A stretch of 60,000 nucleotides of DNA. Origin: Mobula hypostoma. Lineage: Eukaryota. The notes under the pieces are model-generated. The model was not told the origin of the DNA and made no database searches. It saw nothing but the letters and a program-made list of their open reading frames with translations. Each line of letters opens with the position of its first letter. The stretch's first letter is position 1. Of this stretch, positions 9,471 through 22,622 are shown in pieces. The stretch is taken from NCBI RefSeq assembly GCF_963921235.1, contig NC_086097.1:121336001-121396000 (forward strand), in the 5' to 3' direction. Made by a program: the position numbers and the translations under genes.

Positions 9471-12400
9471 TAAGGTACAGGACCTGTGAATCCCCTATGA
9501 TGTGTCCAACCATTCATCAAAGCAACTGCCTCTGGCCACAGATATGTTACCAACTGACCTTTCTAAAACTGATAATACTGTGAGAAACTTGGGAAGTCTT
9601 AAAGAAGAGTAACCAGCATGAAATCACATTGGTCATCGGTTCATTAATTAAGCAGTCTCAAAGTCAATTAAAGTAAGCCTTATGTTTCACTTTATATTGA
9701 ATGAGATTAAATGGAATCCATTGTCTTTCACTTGAAATCTCAGTGAGTAGAAATCTATTGTCTGTTTTATGCACCAAATGTCCAATGCAAAATTTGTATT
9801 ATGATCTCTGGTTGAAGACTTGCAGACTACATCCAGGTAACATCCCTAGGACAGGAGTGGAGGTTGTATTATGGGGAGAAACTAAGCAGACTGGGCCTAT
9901 ACTCTCCAGAGATTAGAAGAGTGAAAGGTAATCTCATTGAAAGTTTCAAAGGAGCAGATGCAGAAATTATGTTTCCTGTGGTTGGACCATCACAGTCTCA
10001 AGGTAAAGTGTTGGCCATTTGGTAAGTTTAGAATTTTCAGATTCTTTGACCAAGAGAGCTGTGGATCCTTAGTCACCAAATATATTCAAGACAAATATTG
10101 GTACATTTTTAGATATAGTAAGAATCTAGTACTAAGAGGTTAGTGAATAATCACGATTCAAGATTTTTTGTTGTCATTCTTCAATACACAAGTGTAAAGG
10201 AGAACAAAATGATTGTTGCTCTGGATCTGATGAAGCACAAAAAAAATCACAACAAACATGAAAACACAAAGAATATAAATATAAACAATCCTATAAAGCA
10301 GAATATACAATTAACTGTTGAGTGTAGCCACGTATACAAAAAATTAGGAATATGGAACCTGCCCTTCCATACTTCTGGCACTATGTAATCACTTGAAATC
10401 TCCATAGAATAGAAATCTGTTTTTTCTATGAACCAAATGTCCAATGTGTCATTTACATTCTGAGCTCCAGCCGTACACTTGATCACGGCATCCACATAAC
10501 ATTCCTGGCTCTGGGGAGAAATTGTGTAGACTTGGCCTATACTCTCCAGGAAAGGAGGCAAAAATTATGTTTCTCTTGGCTGGAACATCAAAATAAGGGA
10601 TTGGCATTGCAGGACTGAGATTAGAAGAAATTTCTTGGTCCAAAGGGTAGTGAATTTTCAAATTCTTTGTCCAAGAGAGTTGGATAACTTCAGCTGCTGA
10701 ATATTTTTAAGACAAATATTAATACAATTGTAGATATAATAGGAATCAAGCACTAAGGGGTTTGAAAATTCAAGATTCAAGGATATGTTAAGCCATGCAA
10801 TTGCTTATTATAGTGATTTATGTTGTGTTCATTACTGAGGGACAGTGCAGAACATGCCAGGATGCCAGCATGCAGGCTACTCCACTGAATTTTTTTTTGA
10901 CAACCCTACTTGTGCAGTATGTAAACTCCTCCCATGTGGGTGAGTTCACATACTGAGTGACATCGGAATAACGCAACCAACTACCAGCATGTCTCCACTT
11001 CCTGACAAAAAAGAAAAACTAGGTATGTACTTCTTGTCTATAACACTGCATTAAAATTAAAGTAACTGAAATTGAACAATTCAGTTCATTTTACCTTAGC
11101 GTATAATTTATGTTCCTTACATAAACATAAAAAAGAATTGTCAACATTCGAACTGTATTTCTCTTTGTTTTCCTCCTTTATTTTCACCAGTTCCTTGAAC
11201 AGGTGCATCCACCTCAGGTAAGTGGTCCTCAATAAGCATCAGGCCACTCTATTTCTTTCTCGACCTTTCACGGACTTTGAAGATGCACAAGCACAATCTT
11301 GTTCTGTCTGATTTCACCTTGTGATGTTCTGATCACAAATGATTGGTGGTGCATGCTGCTGGACTATGGTTCCTTTGGTGAATTGGTCTGAAGCCCAAAC
11401 AGCTCCACCACTCCTGTGCAACAACTTTGCTCTGTGTCAGTGATCATGCACGTTCTTCATTTTTGCATGATGTGTTTTCTTAAAATATCTCACTTTGGCT
11501 AAGTGAGGTTGGAGAAGGGAAAGAAGAACAGACAGGCTTATCCTCAGTCTCCAGCATCCTATCAGTAAAATAATTGATAAATGTAAAGGAGCATTAAATA
11601 TTCTCAGATGTCTATGTGGGTATTCTTAGAGTGCTACATGAAAATCTTTGTTGACCATTTATATTTCTTTAATTACATCTGTGCTTGATCATGGCTGTAT
11701 GTGGCTTATGGATCAGCTTCATCTTCAACTTTAAAATATTGAGATGTGATACAAGCACAGGCTTTAAGATTGTGTTGTGGTGCAATAGGGTTGTCCCTGA
11801 TTCAGCTTTACTGGTTGAAATGGGACAATTGCCCTTACAGTTTGTACCCTTCTTTTTATACGTCTTTTAGCTTTACCTCAGCGTTGTTTTCGTAACTGAG
11901 TTCTACCTGTTGCTGACGAACATACTCACACTGCCTGATTATAGAAATAGCTTTCTCTAGTGTCAGAATTGCCTGTACTTGAAATCTCACTGACAATTTG
12001 GTGTCTAGCAGTTTGACAATAATCCTGTCTCTAATGAGCTCATCTCTCAAATTTCCATATGCTTAGCTGTCTGACAGGGCATTCAATGCTGTGATTGAGT
12101 CATTTACACTTTCATATGGCTCCTGTTTTCTGGAGTTGAATTTTGTCCTCTCATATTTTGCTTTTCACTTTCCTGTGAAATATTCTTTGAATTTGTCCTG
12201 TACTGTTTTATACTCCTTTTTCTCAGCTTCTGCCAGTCCTAATGCACCCATGATGTCATCAGCTTTGTCACCATGCAGTATATCAGTCTGCTTATTTGAT
12301 GCTCTTCTGAAGCCTGAGTGAGATTGTTTGCAACCCTAAATCTCTCAAAGTCCTCTGGTTTAGGGAAATCAAATGTTTCAGAGAGCTTTATTAGGTAAGT

Positions 12401-12638
12401 TGATATAGTTACTACAAGTATTCATTCAATTTTGCTGTTTGTTTATTCATTTGTTATTTTATTTATTTAAACTGCAAATGTCTTCTTTTCTCTCCCCAAG
12501 AGTTTGACTGACTTCTATGTCTGTGTCTCCGTGCACTTTCCATGGCTAGTGGCCCACAGATTATCACAAGGTATCCATTTTTCAGTGTGGCTTGAAGGTG
12601 TTGCTTAGCAACCCTGGACCAGTCTGAGCTCAGCCTTA

Positions 12639-13112
12639 AGCCTGATTTATACTTCTGCGTGAACTCGATGCCATAACCTATGCAAGTGACCGACGTGCGT
12701 TGTGAGCATTTATACTTGTGTGTTGGTGTGTCTGCATCACTCTGCAATTCACGCACGTCGCGCATGCGCAGACACCTGCCCGCGCAAGGTCATTTTCGTA
12801 AAAGCGAAATGTGTCCTCCATAATTTCAGAGGTCTGTAAAGCTTTATGGAAAGCATTGCAGCCAGAGTTCCTTCCCTGCCCTTCAGTTGCCCAATGGAAA
12901 GCTATTGCAGCGTAGGATGAAATACGATGCTACCAAGCGGATCAATCACAGCTGTTGCGTTCTGCATTGCCGCAACGCGTGGTTACATTTTGGGAGAGGT
13001 GCATGTCGCAGCAATGCAGGCTCTCGCATAGGGTTCCGCGTCGGCTTTGCATAGGGTTTGCCGCGACGCAGTACTTACGGTGACGCATTGACACAGAAGT
13101 ATAAATCAGGCT
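12639..13112. mobile_element. PIF/Harbinger-type MITE
   Basis: 19-bp TIR AGCCTGATTTATACTTCTG / CAGAAGTATAAATCAGGCT, 3-bp TSD TTA, no coding capacity. Confidence 0.85.
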
Positions 13113-13269
13113 TTATCGTGCATACAATTTGCAAACTAGCATAGGAAGTTTAGGTTGATAAGTCTCTGGATATTTTTCTTAGATATATATGAACAAGAAC
13201 TGTCTTGCTGTAAATTATTTCTTGTTAGGGCTCTCACTTGGTTTGTAGCACCAATTCATTAGTGATCAA

Positions 13270-13284
13270 CCACTTCTGACACCA
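13270..13284 (-). promoter_or_regulatory. tRNA primer-binding site (tRNA-Leu-like)
   Basis: TGGTGTCAGAAGTGG directly abuts the 5' LTR. It matches, from memory, the 3' end of vertebrate tRNA-Leu(CAA). Confidence 0.7.
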
Positions 13285-13979
13285 TGTTGTGTTTGTTAAT
13301 GAGGGATAGTGCAGAACACACCAGGACACCAGCATGCAGGACACTCCACTGAATGTTATTAACAACCCTGCTAGTATAGTATGTGAACTCCACCTATGTA
13401 GAAGTAATTTACTGGGTGGCATAGGAACAACAACACCTACTGCCACCACAATTTACACTCGGTTTCTGCTATTGCCCCATTGCACCCCATGCACCCAAAG
13501 TTTTCAAGGGATTCAAGATTGTTTATTGTCATTCTTTAGTGCATGGGTGAAAACGTGAACACAATTATTGTTACTCCAGATCTGATGCAGCATAAAAAAA
13601 CACAATAAGCAAAAAAACACAATTAATATAATCATTAAAGTATTCCTATAAAATACAATGTATAAGTAGCTGTTGAGTGTGGATTAGGAATATGGAATAC
13701 AGCACTGAGGTAAAAGAGCAGCCAGGATTTTATTGGATAACAGAGCAACAAAGAGCTGAAAGTCTTTTGGGCTCTGTTTCCATACTCCTTATCTTCTAAT
13801 TGAATGTATTTTCGTTATTAAGGAATTAAAATGATCTCAGAGAAAAAAACCACCAGACCCCCTGGAGAGGGCACCTATCCTAGATTTCTTTCTGATCCCA
13901 TTAATAAAGGCTACAATTAAATCAAAGTTTTCAGTGAAATCCAGTACAAAATTGCTACCGCAAACATTTCGATCTACTG

Positions 13980-15480
13980 CAACACATACAAAATGCTGGA
14001 GGAACAGCATCTTGTTGGGTAGCATCTGTGGAAATTAATAAACAGTCAACGTTTTGGGCTGAGATTCTTCTTCAGGACTGGAAAGGAAGGGGGAAGATAG
14101 CAGAAGAAAAAAATTGGGTGAGGGGAAGGGAACGAGGACAAGCTAGAAGGTGATAGGTGAAGCCAGGTGGGTGGGAAAAGTAAAGGGCTGGAAAAGTAGG
14201 ATTCTGACAGAAGAGGAGAATGAACCATAGGAGAAAGGGGAGGAGGAGAAGACCTGGGGGATATGATAGGCAGGTGAGAAGAATGAGGAATAGAAGAAGA
14301 GGTAAGCGGAAGGAAAAACATTTTTTTTACCAGAAGGAGAAATTGATGTTCACGCTATCAGGTTGAAGGCATCCCAGGCAGTATATAGGGTGCTGTTCCT
14401 CCACCCTAAGAGTGGCCTCTTGGCAAAAAAGAAGGCCATGTACCAACATGTCAGAATGGGAATGGGAATAGGAATTAAAATGCCTAGCCACTGGGAAATA
14501 GTGCTTTTGGCAGGTAGAGCAGAGGTGTTTGACATAGTAGTCCCCTCCATTTACGACGGATCTCACCAATGTAAAGGAAGCACCATATACAACAGACCAC
14601 CCCTAACAGATTCACAGGTGAAGTGTTGCCTCACCTGGAAGGACTGTTTGGGGTCCTGAATGGAGGTGAAGGCGGAGGTGAATGGGCAGGCCAAGTGTAG
14701 CACTTTGGCTGCTTGCAGGAATAAGTGCCAGGAGGGAGATCAATGGGGAGAGACCAATAGACACGGGAATCATGGACGGATTGATTGCTGTGGAAAGTGG
14801 AGAATGGGAGTGAGGTAGAGGTGTGTTCAGTAGGATCCCTTTGGGGATGGCAGAACCTGTGGAGAATAATGTGCTGGATGCGGAAGCTCATGGTTAGTAG
14901 GTTATGACAGGAACTCTGTCCTTGTTAAGGCAGCGGCAAGATGCGGTAAGTGCGAATGTCAGGGAAATGGAGGAAATGTGGGTGAGGGCTGCATCAGTGG
15001 TGGAACAAGAGAAACCCCGTTTCTTGAAGGAGGAGGATATTTTTGATGTCCTGGTTAGAAAAGCCTCATTCTGCGGAAAGATATGGTGGAGACAAAGGAA
15101 CTGGGTAAAGGAGACGAGAGTGGGGGGGCGTAGGGGCTGGGTGATGGGGGCTGGGGAAGAGGTGTTGTCAAGATAGTTGTGGGAATTGGTAGGTTTATAA
15201 TTGATGTCAGTGGACAATTTGTCTCCAGAGATGGAGATAGAGAGTTCGAGAAAAGGGAGGGAGAAGTCAGAAATAGACCAAGTGAATTTAGTGGTGGAAG
15301 TTGGGGGCAAGTTGATGAAATTGACGAGCTCAGCATGGGTGCAGCAAGCAGCGCCAATGAAGTCATCAACGTAGCGAAGGAAGAATTGGAGAGCATTATC
15401 AGGGAAGGCTTGGAACATGGACTGTTCTACGTAGCCAGCAAAAAGGCAGGTATAACTAGGGCCCGTGCGAATGCCCATGG
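13980..15480 (-). mobile_element. Degraded Penelope-like element (RT, GIY-YIG, terminal repeat)
   Basis: ORF 14894-15478 MGIRTGPSYTCLFAGYVEQ...RYVDDFIG...LPFLELSI...YKPT. Endonuclease-end remnant at 14327-14569. Hammerhead-like motif at 14043-14080. Confidence 0.85.
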
Positions 15481-16939
15481 CTTAGATCTACTGACTGGGG
15501 ATCCATAAACGCAAAAGATTCTGCTGATGCTGGAGTCCAGAGCAACACACACAAAACGCAGATGGAATTCAACATTATGGGTGTGCTATACTGGAACTGG
15601 AATACACGGTGACACTTGCGTGCTGCCTCCAGAACATCTTAGGTTGTTTGCTGGTGGTTAACTCGTTTCACTGTGTTTCAATGTACATATGATAAATAAA
15701 TTTGAAACTGAATGTGAAAACAGGTACAAACAAAATGGTCCAGTCCGTGCTGTTCTATGCTTCTTTGCCTTCTTGGACAGGCCCAAATGGCAGCTAGGAT
15801 CAAGTGACTGGAAGGCTCTATGCATGCATGTTCAAAGTTCAAATTAAATTTATTATTGAAGTACGCATGTGTCACCAGATACTAGCTTGAGATTAATTTT
15901 CATTCAGGCATTCATTGTGGAACAGGGAAATACAATAGAATCAATAAAAAAAATGACACACAAAGACTAACAAACATCCAATGTGCAAAAAGAAGACAAA
16001 TTGTGCAAGTAAAATAATTTGTAGAATAGGAAATAAACCATATTGAGAGCATGAGTTAGGAGTTCTTGAAAATGAATGGAGTCAGTTCAGTGTTGAGGTG
16101 AGTGAAATATCCATGCTGGATCAAGAAACTAATGATTGTAGGGTAATAATGTTCCTGAACTTGGTGTTGTTGGACTTTAGGTTCTTGTACCTCCTGCTCG
16201 AAGGTAGTAGTGAGAAGAAAACATGGCCTGCATGATGGGAGTGCTTGATGATAGATACTGCTGAACGAGCACACTTAACAGATCAAACACCGAGCAAGTT
16301 TCTCCTCAAGTTCTCCTTGATACAGATGGGGTAGGATGGAGTCATTCAGCTTTCAGTCAGTGTAAATCTAATGGGTTGCTAACCAGGGATTCCTAGATCC
16401 TTTATGGTTACAGACTGAGATTGTTGATGCAGCAATACTACAGTAGGCCTTCATAATTCTTTCAGGCAGATTTGACCAGTAGTAAAATGGAAGTGCTCTA
16501 TGAAGTAATTTTCGTGCACACATCACAAAAACCAGACATCATGAGCAGCTAAATCACCTCTAAGCAAAACTGCAAGTCAGATATAATTTGCTGAAATGAA
16601 AAATGGATCTATAATAATAAATGATCGGAAATGTAGTTGAATATATACAGAAATATATAGTTGATGTTGAAATGAGAGACATAGTACAGTAAGACACCGC
16701 TGAGATTTTCACAACTGAACAATTCTTGATTGAGTGACTAAAAGATGAGTGTAAGTGTCAGAAAAATACTCAGAAGTGCAAATGAAAACATTTCCCAAAG
16801 GCTGAGATCAGTAAAAGGGCCCAAATCCTTAATACCTCAAGCAGGCTGTGATCCTGACCGAAAACACTTAGCACCTCCATCCTTCTCCATGTTCATCACA
16901 ACATCTGGGCCAGCTGTGAGAACCAGTCAGGACTTACAG

Positions 16940-17850
16940 ACCATAGAAGCATAGAACACAGCACAGTACAGGCCTTTCAGCCCACAACCTTATAATCTGC
17001 TCTAAAATCAATCTAACTCTTCTCTCCTACATAGCCCTCCATTTTTCTATCAACCAAATGCCTATTTAAGAGAATTATATATGCCTCTACCAACCCCCAA
17101 CAGGGTATTCATGTGCCCAACACTCTGTGTAAAATTGAATTAAATTGACTTTATTTCTTACATCCTTCACATACATGAGGAGTAAAAATCTTTACATCTC
17201 TGTCTAAATGTCCAATGTGCAATTATAGTAATTTATAATAATTTATAATAAATAGAACAGTCAATGTAACATAAAAATAAACTCAATCAGTGTGAGTTAA
17301 TCAGTCTGATGGCCTGGTGGAAGAAGCTGTCCCAGAGCCTGTTGGTCTTGGCTTTTATGCTGCGTTACCGTTTCCTGGATGGTAGCAGATGGAATAGATT
17401 GTGGTTGGAGTGACTCGGGTCCCCAATGATCCTACGGGTCATTTTTTCACACCTGTCTTTGTGAATGTCCTGAATCACGGGAGACTCACAACTACAGATG
17501 TGCTAGGCTATCCGCACCACTCTCTCAGGATCCTGCAGTTAAGGGAGGTACAGTTCCCGTACCAGGCAGTGATGCAACCTGTCAGGATGTTCTCAATTGT
17601 ACCCCTGTAGAAAGTTCTTAGGATTTGGGGGCCCATACCAAACTTCCTCCCAAAATAACTTACCTCTGACATCTCCCCTGTACTTTCCCCCAATCAGGTT
17701 TAAATTATACATCCTAGTATTAGCCACTTCAAAGGTCTCTGGCAATCCACTTGATCTATGCCTCTTCTCATCTTATACTCCTCTATAAAGTCACCTCTCA
17801 TCTTCCTTCACTCCAAAGAGAAAAGCCCTGTCTTCCTCAGCCTATCCTCT
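16940..17850 (-). mobile_element. CR1 3' fragment interrupted by a Rex1-type fragment (~17133-17650)
   Basis: CR1-type tail (catagaa..acagcacagtacaggccttt). ORF 17508-17693 RTFYRGTIENILTGCITAWYGNC is Rex1-type. Confidence 0.65.
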
Positions 17851-17929
17851 GACCTCATTTATCCTTCAGTTCCTCACATGTATTGCTGAGAATGGAGTCT
17901 AATTGTGGAAATAAGATGTAGCTAGTGCG

Positions 17930-18345
17930 AAGCCATGCACTCTTCTTGCTATTACCATCGGCCAAGAGGTCCAGGAGCCTTAGGTCCCACACCAACAGGT
18001 TCTGGAACAGTTATTATCCCTCAATCATCAGGCTCCTAACCAGAGTGGATAATTTCACTCACCCCAACATTGAATTAATTCCACAATCTATGGACTTAGT
18101 TTTAAGGATTCTACAACTCATAATCTCAATATTATAGTTTATTTATTTATTATTATTATTTTGTTTTCCTTTTTGTATTTACACAATTTGGTGTCTTTTG
18201 CACATTGGCTGCTTGTCTGTCTTTGTGTAGTTTTTCATGGATTCTGTAGTGTTTCTTTGTATATATTGTGAATGCCTGCAGGAAAATGCATCTTAGAGTA
18301 CAATGTGGTAACATATACATACTTTCATAATAAATTGAACTTAGA
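17930..18345 (+). mobile_element. Rex1-type LINE 3' end
   Basis: HALFLLLPSAKRSRSLRSHTNRFWNSYYP followed by a T-rich UTR and AATAAA. Confidence 0.7.
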
Positions 18346-19859
18346 ACTGTTAACTTCCACCAGTTACTTTACCTAGAGAAAGAATCCAACAATTTTGACT
18401 TCTCATAAAAGATCATTTCTTGGGCTATGGTGAAACCCAGAAACACCAGTTGCAGCTTTATAACACAACCGGGCCATCACCACTCTGGATTAGAAAGGAA
18501 CTCACTTCAAAAAATATATTTTTTAATAGTAATGTTGAACTTACAGCCCACTCTCCCTTCCCTGCAAGTATTTTATCTTTATGCAAGCAGTTTTTTGCAT
18601 GTTAACTCAAACTATTGCATCATATGTTTTAACTTAAAAAAAGATCCATTTGACCTTATAATTAAATCTGAAACCATTAGCTTTTCATTGGTTAATTACT
18701 CACCTCCATTACAACTGCAAGGATACGAGCTGAGGAATGGTGGTGATTTCACTCCCAGTACCAAGTCAAGAAGTAACTTTGTTTCAACTACAGTGCCAGT
18801 CAATCAGGTCAGATCAGATCAGATTCAGATTTATTTATCACATGCACAACAAAACATACAGTGAAATGTGTCATTTGCATTAACATCCACTGCACCCAAG
18901 GGAGTGCTGGGGCAGCCTACAAGTGTCATCAGGCATTCTGGCGCCAGCATACCATGCCCACCTGGGTTGGCAGAACAACACAGAACACGACAAGCAACAA
19001 GCAACAACAATGAAACAAGCTCTGTTCTTCTCTCCTACCCACGCACATACATAGTCCTTTAACCCCAAGATGGGCCATCTCCTTCGGCTTCCAGTGGACC
19101 TGTAGATTCTCAATGTGGGGACTTCAACTTCCCTAGCAGACTGACAAAGATTGGCAGACTCAGGGCCGTGATCGAACACAGATTGTGCTTTGTGTTGTTA
19201 AGTTGCAGCAATTTAATACATTAGGCAACTGTGAAGCAATCAAGTGCTTGAAATTGTCAAGCATACGTTCAGAAGAGTCAGCGAGTCACCAAGTGCAATG
19301 TGAAATGCTCAAGGGTGTGAATGAGACCTGTAATTTATGCAACATTGCCACCCAGGATGAGAACATTACTGACTCGTGTTTCAACGTTGTTGATTCACGT
19401 CCCTCACACAGAATTATGCACAAAACGCTATGCTGAACTTTCAGCATGGTATTGAGCAAGCTTTACATTGTCACAGATACTGTCCTTCAGACGAGATGTT
19501 GAAACAAAAGTTGTTAAAGAACCAGGCACTCATCCTCCACATTTTAGCCAAATCATATCTCTTAACTGACATTACAGAAATAGGATTCCTTGTTATTATC
19601 ATATTGTTCCATGTCGCGCCAACGCACCACAACAAAGCCCTAATACATATAGATGTCTAAAGTGAATAAAGTAGATTCTTGATCCTCAGCTCCTTGCTAA
19701 TTCCACTGGCAATTCAGCGTGCTACTGTATGATGATACCACTTAGAGAGGAAACCCCATCTCTCAGATGATCTTAAAAAAAATCCCTTTACTCTGAAGAA
19801 AAGCAGCAATAACGTGATTACCTAGCTGATACTGTTCCCTCAGTCAACATCACAAAAAT

Positions 19860-20155
19860 TGGGAGTGTATGGTAGCATAGTGGTTGTCACAACACTTTAC
19901 AATACAGACGGCCCAAGTTCAATTCCCACCACTGCCTGTAATGAGATTGTATGTTCTCCCCGTGACCCCGTGGATTTCCTCCGGGTGCTCTGGTTTCCTC
20001 CAACAGTCCTAAGACCTATCAGTTGGTAGGTTAATTAGTTGTTGTAAATTGTCCTGTGATTAGGCTCTGATTAAATCAGGGGATTGCTGGGCAGTGGGGA
20101 TTAGAGCGCTGGTAGGGCATATTTTGTGCTGGATCTCGATAATAAATAAAAAATA
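19860..20155 (+). mobile_element. tRNA-derived V-SINE-like element
   Basis: A box TAGCATAGTGG, B box GTTCAATTC, V-domain-like TTTCCTCCGGGTGCTCTGGTTTCCTCC, A-rich tail. Related copies at ~34238-34430 (+), ~40430-40560 (-) and ~42440-42650 (-). Confidence 0.75.
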
Positions 20156-20369
20156 AAGTAACTTGATTGCGTGATCTTGCCACCTTCAATTTACCTGATA
20201 TATTCAGATTCATATTCATTTATTTATCTCCTTGATCCTTGATTACTGTCTTTGGAAGATTGCTGTACAAAATTAGCAATTGGTGTTTCCCCACTGCAAC
20301 AAAAATTACACGTCTATAGTACTTTATTGATTGTTAGTATTTTAGTAAACGTGAAACCTACAAATGCAA

Positions 20370-20592
20370 AGCAACACACAAAACGCTGGAGGAACTCAGC
20401 GGTCCAGGCAGCTTCAATGGAGAAGAGCAAACAGTAAATGCTTCGGGCCAAGACCCTTCATCAAGGTTTCAGCCCAAAACGTTGACTGTTTACTCTTTTC
20501 CATAGATGCTGCCTGGCCTGCTGAGTTCCTCCAGCATTTTGTGTGTGCTGCTTGGCATTTCCAGCATCTGCAGATTTTCTCGTGTTTGTCAC
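20370..20592. mobile_element. Palindromic PLE-terminus insertion
   Basis: Two PLE ends in inverted orientation meet at ~20462. Flanked by the 10-bp direct repeat ACAAATGCAA (20360-20369, 20593-20602). Confidence 0.8.
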
Positions 20593-21479
20593 ACAAATGC
20601 AAGGCTTTCTTTTTATTTCAAAACAATTCAAATATTTTTGTCACAGAGTAGTACCAAATGAATCACCACATATAATATCTTTCACAGGCACTTACACATT
20701 GTTATTTGTTGCATGTTATGCAAACACACTACAGAAAATCCTTAGTAGATGCAAATGTATATGGTGAATAAAGTAACTCATCGTGATCTTGTACTGCTGT
20801 AGCCTGTACACTTCAAGGTTCAATGTGGTGTGCATTCAGATACACTCTTCTGCACACCACTGTTGTAAGTCTGGTTATTTGAGTTACTGTCGCCTTCCTG
20901 TCAGCTTGAACCAGTCTGGCCATTCTCCTCTGACCTCTCTCATTAACAAGATGTTTTCTCCAACAGAACTTTAACACCAAGCCACCAATGTGTGCGAGAT
21001 GAACCGACTGAGAGGCCTATCTGGGTGTGTGAGTGGGTGGGAGGGATGGGGGAGGGGATTGTTTTGCCGTTTTCTTTTTTTGTTGTTGTTTTTATTACTG
21101 CTCGTGTTCTTTTGTGGGATTGTGGGCATGGTATGTTGGCGCAGGTATGTGTGGTGACACTTGTGACTGCCCCCAGCACATCCTTGATTGTGCTGGTTGT
21201 TAACCTATATGTTTCGATGTACAATACATGTGACAAATAGATCTGAACCTGAGTTAAGTATATATCAGACAGGCACAGATTAGCATGCAAAGTTCTGTGC
21301 CATGAGCAATGGCATTTATCAAAATCTTACACATTCTTTACACAATGTCAAACAAAAGTAAAAACACAAAAGAACTCCCAGACATGTGGCTTAATGTACT
21401 TTATTCCTTGTAGCATCTCACATTTGATGTAAAGCTCTGTATAATTAATCTGGAATGCACATATAGGAAGGCCTGTGTA

Positions 21480-22620
21480 AAACATAAAGCAGTTCAGCTT
21501 CGGCCCACAATGTCTGTGATGAACAGGATGCCAAACTAGACTAATTCCTTGTGCCTGAGCATGTTTTCACCTCTGTTCATTCCCTGTACATTCCTGTGGC
21601 TATGAAAAAGTCTTTTGAACGCCACTACAGAAAATACGCTTACTACCACCCCTGGTGGCACATTGCAGGCATTCACCACTCTCTGTGTTTTAACTTTAAA
21701 GATTTCCACGCCGCGCCCCCGCCCCCCCCCAACTCAGTTTAAAAGCTTCACCCTCTAGTGGTCAACATTTCTACTCCGGGAAAACAATTCTGGCTGACTA
21801 CCCCATTCATTCCTCACATAATTTTATAAACTAAGTCTTCCCTCAGCCTCCAATGCTCCAGTGAAAACAACACAAGTTTCTCCAACCTCTCCTCAGAGCC
21901 GGTGCCCACTAATCAGGGCAGCATCCTGATTAACCTCTTTTGCACCCTCTCCAAAGCCGCCACATCTTTCCTGTCATAGGGAAAACAGAACTGTTCAAGT
22001 ATGGCCTAACCAAAGTTTAATACATCTGCATCGTGATTTCCACCTCTCGTACTCTGTCCCTAGTGATGAAGGTAAGTAGGCCATATGCTTTCTTTACAAT
22101 CATATCTACTTGTGTTGATACTTTCAGGGAGATATCAACCTAGACGCCAAGATCTCTCTGTATATCAATGCCGCGAAGAGCCCTGCTGTTAACTGTACAC
22201 TTTGTTTTATATTTGATACGAGAAGCTGTGCTATGTTGAATTCCGGGTGAAACGCCAAGTGTCTGGGGTAACGGCAAGTCTGTGTCTTTGCCTATATTTG
22301 AATGCTCGGTGGCGGTGCTGCTGCTTGCTTTTTTTTTGACGGCGGGGGGGAGGAGGGATTGTTGCTCACTGCTGCTTATGCGCAGGAGGGGGGAGCTGTG
22401 GGGGGACTTTGGGGTTCTTACATTTAACTGTCATTCATTCTTTGGGGCACTCGTCTGTTTTTGTGGATGTTTGCAAAGAAAAAGCATTTCAGGATGTATA
22501 TTGTATACATTTCCCTGACATTAAATTGTACCTTTGAACCTTTGAACAACTTGCAACAGTTCACATTTGCACAGATTAAACACCATCTGCCATTTTCCTG
22601 CACATTACTGTAACTGATCT
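21480..22620 (-). mobile_element. Degraded CR1 RT 3' fragment with an inserted repeat (~22220-22545)
   Basis: Antisense CR1 signatures (ctcagcctccaatgctcc, ttttgcaccctctccaaagcc, catctgccatt). The insert shares sequence and a (cctttgaa)n tail with ~24560-25272. Confidence 0.65.
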
Positions 22621-22622
22621 AT

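Larger units (their letters stand above)
10821..13450 (-). mobile_element. Old, internally deleted Gypsy element with two diverged LTRs
   Basis: Direct repeats at 10821-10989 and 13285-13450, TSD ATTTA (10816-10820, 13451-13455). Gag remnant RDELIRDRII...LTLEKAI at 11856-12050. No recognisable RT. Confidence 0.85.

Noticed and set aside
18427..18864. 145-aa ORF as a host gene exon
   Set aside because: No recognisable domain or clear splice structure, and its 3' end runs into a repeat. The same applies to other short ORFs in unique-looking DNA (e.g. 8099-8467, 33673-33870). Small real exons cannot be excluded without RNA data.
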